Assembly: GCA_900088475.1 (NCBI GenBank)
Contig: FLMG01004114.1
Coordinates: 1 to 44,772 of the forward strand
Direction of reading: 5' to 3'
From: Hyphochytrium catenoides
Taxonomy: Eukaryota > Protista > Hyphochytriomycota
Length of the DNA: 44,772 bases
Each line of letters begins with the position of its first letter. The stretch's first letter is position 1. Positions 39,801-44,772 of the stretch are shown here, one piece after another. Made by a program: the position numbers and the translations under genes. The notes beneath the pieces are model-generated. The model worked only from the letters and a program-made list of their open reading frames with translations. It ran no database searches and was not told where the DNA came from.

Positions 39801-40633
39801 CGAGAAAGCAACTCTCCCTCATACTTTAACCTCCAGGAAGTAGGGATCGTCCAGCAGTATCTGGCTGCGATATTGGATTATAAGACCTCACGGATGCAGC
39901 CGTCGGATGTGGGGATAATCGCTCCGTATCGGAAACAGGTACAGAAGTTGAAGAAAGCAATCGCCACAAAGTTACCTGGGGTGAAAATCGGTTCGACGGA
40001 GGAGTTCCAGGGTCAGGAAAGGCCTGTGATTATTGTCTCAACCTGTCGTTCTTCGGTTGAGGTAAGAAGACACCCTTCGTTGAGTCTCTCTTGTCTTTCT
40101 CATGCAAATTTTGGTCTTGTTCTGTGGAAAGCACCTACAATCTGAAACCTCCACAACACATCCTTAGCTCCCTCGTGACACTCCCTCAACCCGAACCCTA
40201 ACACCTGTATTGACTCATTTAGTTGATGGAGTTCGATGCAAGGCATGACTTAGGCTTCCTTGCCAATCCGAAGAGGATGAACGTTTCAATCACAAGACCT
40301 CAGGCACTTTTGATTGTTGTGGGCAATCCTCATGTCCTTGCCCGAGATCCACATTGGCGCCGGTTCCTCTTCTATTGCCTCGAAAACGGTGCTTCAACGG
40401 GTTCAGCGGATCTTGAGTTCCTGAGAGATGACGAGCTTGAGGAAGCCAAAGAGCAGGAAGAGGTTGAAAGTGCTGTTGCTTTATCTCGGCAGGGCTCTTC
40501 CACGTCTTTGGGGATGGAAACGTTAATTAGCATGCTGTCTGATGCCTCTATTCAAGAGTTATCCAGAATGCCTAGTGAGGGTAGCTATGTACACGTCGAG
40601 GATGAGCTTTCGGAGTGGCATAACGTCATGTGA
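36881..40633 (+). CDS. MOV10: MOV10/SDE3/Armitage-like UPF1-family RNA helicase
   Basis: Exons 36881-37234, 37313-37360, 37438-39303, 39501-40061, 40223-40633. Motifs [20 protein letters not shown] (MOV10 hallmark), [60 protein letters not shown]. Confidence 0.92.
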
Positions 40634-41985
40634 GCCCAACCTAGTGTTTCCTGCCGCTACAGACGCCTATGGGCGACTGACTGGAAGTGAAGCTGGAAGC
40701 ACTTCGTGCTCTAGGGTCCAATAACATGATTAGCGTTATAAACCAAAATATTGCTGGCTCTGGTCGTAACTCTATTCTTTGTGACGGGTAAACTAAGTGT
40801 CATCAACTATCGCAGTGAATCCTGGCCTCCGGACCCAGCATTCGATTGCTCTAGATTCAGTCCTTGTTGGGTCTTGCAAAGTCACTCTTTATCCCTGTGC
40901 GCGCTGCTCCCCTCCTCTCCTCTCCAGGAGAGGGCGTCATGGTTATTTATGCAGCCTGTGACAGAATGTTTAGGCCCTTGAGCGGCTGACCCACAAAGCC
41001 GTACATATGGCTTCCTACCTCTTCATGCGGCCTGCCAATGCCCTTTAAGGTTACTTAGTCCCTCACGACACGGGAGCCTGAAGGATGTGATGCAGGCCAG
41101 TATGCTGCCAGGAATATGTACTTCTGGGGGCCATGCCGATCCCATAACACTAGCGGTCACGATGGCGCATCTATCGAGTTAGTTGCTCTTTTGTCGCTGT
41201 GGCTAAGTCCCAACTCCTATCCGAATCCATGGCGGAAAGAAAATGCGCAGCAAATGGGTCTTCCTCGTTCACGGAGTTCGTAGTGTTGTCAAAGCTCCGG
41301 ATGGCTTCTATGACCGTTGCTGCATGACGACGCCAGACTTTGACTGGTCCTCGGTCCTCAGGTTCGCCAACAGGCCAGCTCCATAAACTTCGTCATGTTA
41401 TTGGCTTCGTCATCGGACAGGAAGAGTGACGTCGACATCTTTACTCGGAACTCGTTCTCTGCCTGAACCGCATATCGGATCATTTAACCAGCCATCTCAA
41501 TCTCTTCTGACTCTTGCTCTCTTCGATCTCTGTTCTTAATCCTTTCTCCATTGTACGTCATCGCAAGGGCAAAAATTCCATTATCGTCCATTTTTAAATC
41601 AGAAGAGGACTCATTGGGGTCTCCAAAATGAGCTTCCGAACTCTAATAGAACATTACGGCCAACAGTCTGTGCTAACCTCACTCAAATGCTCTTGGCGGT
41701 GGCAGCTTCTTGGTGTCTGCACCAGGACCCCGCTTATAGATTTGAATTGCTCAAAATCCCCATTTTACCACATTCTGGAGACCCTTCTGTATAAAGAAGT
41801 GGTGATCCAAGCTCCGTACTCGAACTTCATCTACTCCTAGAGCTGTCACGAATAGTTGCGCTATCAGCCGGTGTCCCATAAGCTCTCATTTGAGCTCAGC
41901 GCGCGCCATAGAAAGTGCGGCACAGAAAGATACCTCTCTCTGTATACCTGTCTTCTCGTGGTATGTCGCTCGTCTTTTCGCGATC

Positions 41986-43230
41986 CTAGACTTTGTAGGT
42001 CAGTTGGTCATTAGATGATAACTGGCGGAAGAGAGGATGCAAAGCGTAGCCTGCAAGCTTCTTCTCTCTGCTCAGACTAGCGGCATCTTCGATACTTATC
42101 TTTGCGTCACGCAGTCCTGCCAGCTCCATAAACATCCGCGCACTAGTGCATTGGTCCTCTGAACCGCCCTCTTGCTCAGTGTCATCTCTCCGCCCTTGTA
42201 AGTCGTTGAACGAGATCACTCGCCCACTGTAGTCAGTACACACTTCCTGGAGGAAGTCTCTGAGGCTTGTCCGTATCTCTCTATCTTCTGAGCATACGAA
42301 GGCCAGCATAACCCGAACCTCGGTATTACTCTCATGTAGAGCACATAACTCTGAACTCCTCTCCTTGTTTTCCTCATCCGTGCAAAGACCAATAGGAAGA
42401 ACGATGAGGTAGGGGGCTTCTAAGTCAGACTGTATAGATCTAAGAGCGTCTCGGCATATCTGAAGCTTCTCATTAGATATCACCAGGTCAAGCTCGAGAA
42501 AAAGAGTAGCTCCAGAGGTGCTGACGGTGCTGGTTTGTGAGTCAGAGTCTCTGCCAAAGGGGACGAAATAGACACCAGGTTGTAGATCTTTGACTTGCTG
42601 TCTATCATCTCTGTCGATCCGTACAGCTTTCAAGGTCGGCTCAATAACGTTTGACCATACTGTTTGAGAAGGAGATCCCACGCAATAGGTGAGGGGCTTC
42701 AGAGACCTTGAAGCTTTAAGAATCTCAGGAGATGCGGCCATCCATTCGCGAGAGGCCGTATGCTCATAGAAGCTCCGGTCGTCGAGATATAGCTCAGTGC
42801 ATTCGAGAACTACTGGATCATAGTCTNNNNNNNNNNNNNNNNNNNNNNNNNNNNNNNNNNNNNNNNNNNNNNNNNNNNNNNNNNNNNNGCCCACCTTCAG
42901 CTTCATCTCCACACTGGGAAGCGGAATCCCCATTTGAAGACTCTTGAAAGCTGGCTTGTAGTGAGGATGCTCCCCAAGGGTCGTAACCTCATTCTTGAGC
43001 TTGTCTGCAAGCCGCTGGTCCCTCGAAAGGCGAAACATGTAGGCCAAGGTGGTAGGGGTATCTCTCTCTGTCGCTCTAGCACAAGGCTGGAAGCCCTTGC
43101 CTATCATCTCCGCAGCGGCCGTAGCTGACCGAACGACCCAGTAGACTTGCAACACAAAAGACTGTGTCGGATTGTACTCCGTGCACCCCTTCTCAGCTTC
43201 CAAGAATTGCTGCCACTTGGTCTTCTGCAT
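41986..43230 (-). CDS. Intronless hypothetical protein with dimeric alpha/beta-barrel (ABM/LsrG-like) N-terminal pattern; spans an N gap
   Basis: ORF is open on both sides of the 62-N gap (42827-42888). Pattern VLQVYW...ATERDTPTTLAYMF...VLECTELYLDDRSFYEH resembles ABM-fold proteins. Frame continuity across the gap is assumed. Confidence 0.65.
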   Translation of the reverse strand: MQKTKWQQFLEAEKGCTEYNPTQSFVLQVYWVVRSATAAAEMIGKGFQPCARATERDTPTTLAYMFRLSRDQRLADKLKNEVTTLGEHPHYKPAFKSLQMGIPLPSVEMKLKVGXXXXXXXXXXXXXXXXXXXXXDYDPVVLECTELYLDDRSFYEHTASREWMAASPEILKASRSLKPLTYCVGSPSQTVWSNVIEPTLKAVRIDRDDRQQVKDLQPGVYFVPFGRDSDSQTSTVSTSGATLFLELDLVISNEKLQICRDALRSIQSDLEAPYLIVLPIGLCTDEENKERSSELCALHESNTEVRVMLAFVCSEDREIRTSLRDFLQEVCTDYSGRVISFNDLQGRRDDTEQEGGSEDQCTSARMFMELAGLRDAKISIEDAASLSREKKLAGYALHPLFRQLSSNDQLTYKV

Positions 43231-44323
43231 CCTCTTGCTTCACCAGTGGTAGTCAGAGAGCTTTCCCCTTCACAGCCCTTTGTTGCTTTCGAGTAGAATG
43301 ACGCTATGACTGAGCGCGGCCACCGCAGGAGCTGGTCAGGATTACTAGCCTTGCAAATGGCACACTTCCTTTCCTCCTACCGCTCGGTAGGTCAGTCCTC
43401 CACACAAGGCAAGGCCGGCTGAAAATGACCAGCCCATCAGCTTGGCTTTGTCTTGTTGCTCTGTTGCAAGGTGCCTCCTTACCACTACCTTCTTATTGGT
43501 CGCACTAGGTGTCGCACTCTGGCCCCATCACTTCTTTCCTCTCAGGAGCTCACACATCTTTCTTCTTCAGGTTTCCCCTACACCGCCCATCAGATCTCCT
43601 CGTCTGTCTCTTCGTACAGTGCTTTCCTTCTCTTGTCTCACACTACATTTCTCCAACCTCTTTCTCTTCCTCTTGTTTCGTGTTGCAGTGCTTGGTCACC
43701 TTTGTGATTACTAGAAACGCTGGATTTAATCCCAGTGATGTACAGTAACCATACATAGTAAAGATTCTGGTTAGAGACATCATTATTCCAAATGAGGTTC
43801 ACGTCAGATTTTGACCCTTCACCTTCCAAAAAGGAGGTAAAAATAGGCCACAAGCAGGCTCAGACCACGAGCTATTGATGCAGACTCCGCAGTAGTAATA
43901 TTTCTCTACAAACTCTGAACTCGGCCATTAGTAACACGTCTGATTGTTGAGATATATAGGCGGTTAGATAGCACTGAATGGAGTAGTAAGACGTAGACTA
44001 TTCATGATCAAAGCAATTGTCTTTGTAAGTTGGGGCTCTCTCACATCTCTTACCAGCCTCTAACTTGCACTCTGAGGAGCTCGGACTTGTGAGCCTCAAT
44101 AGCTAAATCATTGCTTACCTCTATCTTCGTTGGCCGATCGAGTATATCTTCGAGCCACTCTGTCTCTGACTCTACAACAGAATATCTTTGCAATTGACAG
44201 TTCTCATGATGGTGTACAAAAGGCCATGAAAAACCTATGGAGACAACGCAGCTGTTGTAGTAGTATCGTACTCAGCCGCTGATTGACTGAACTGCTGCCT
44301 CTTGGTGCCGTCGTAGGATCTGA

Positions 44324-44342
44324 TCTCTCTCTCTCCCTCTCC

Positions 44343-44398
<56 letters not shown>

Positions 44399-44520
44399 CC
44401 TTCTCTTTCTCCCTCTTCTTTTTCTCTCTCTCTCTTCTCTTCGGCTCAACTTCCTTTCTCTCTCTTACTCCCTTCCTCTCTGTTTGTCTCTCTCTCTCTC
44501 TCTGCTTTTCTGCCTCTCTG
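44324..44520. repeat. (CT)n microsatellite / pyrimidine tract
   Basis: Pure (CT)n run of about 45 nt at ~44348-44394 with degenerate flanks. Confidence 0.95.
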
Positions 44521-44772
44521 TCCTCTTCTTCCCGCCCGCTTCCTGCACGTGATTGCTTGAACTTCCTTCTCAGCAACGGTCCTCAATCATCTGGCTTTCC
44601 AGTCATCATCTTCTCCCTCCGTGTCCACATCCCCAGCTCAGTCGTCCGCATTTCCCCTGCTTTCACTAGCACCTGCAGCCTCAGAGTGCCACACAGAGAC
44701 CCGCTTCTCTCTTCTTACAAGCAGACTTAATGTAAGGAACGCCGATACTAGCTAGCTGTCGATAGGCGATGA

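Noticed and set aside
40188-40204. Telomere-like AACCCG AACCCT AA in a MOV10 intron
   Set aside because: Only two imperfect units, overlapping the CTAAC branch point.
41225-41390. GGKKMRSKWVF...VKA resembling a Copia RT start
   Set aside because: It is a single short motif with no downstream RT signatures, too weak to call.
41375-42133. 15-nt match GCCAGCTCCATAAAC at ~41375 and ~42119
   Set aside because: About one such match is expected by chance in 45 kb, and the flanks do not align.
44204-44576. ORFs with poly-ER / poly-LS runs
   Set aside because: They are translation artefacts of the CT microsatellite.

Overview
Intron-rich eukaryotic (protist, possibly stramenopile/SAR-like; taxon not determinable here) genomic window using the standard genetic code. 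Introns are mostly 55-400 nt GT-AG with CTAAC/CTGAC/CTAAT branch points. Manual splicing supports 11 genes: a PH + tandem START-like lipid-binding protein (5' truncated), a Cys-rich/mucin-like membrane protein, an Old Yellow Enzyme, an mTERF-repeat protein, Sec24, a membrane/coiled-coil protein, a centrosomin-motif (CM1-like) coiled-coil protein, 2-oxoglutarate dehydrogenase E1, a small intronless SET/post-SET protein, a MOV10/SDE3-like RNA helicase and an intronless ABM-fold-like protein with an unusual insert. Two heavily eroded, CpG-poor Ty3/Gypsy-like relics and GA/CT microsatellites lie between genes. The best leads are the ABM-like/CCDC53-motif chimera, the divergent CM1 protein, the SET-MOV10 pair next to transposon relics, a GC-AG intron and a recurrent upstream ATTATTACT motif. 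No complete new system is demonstrable from sequence alone.
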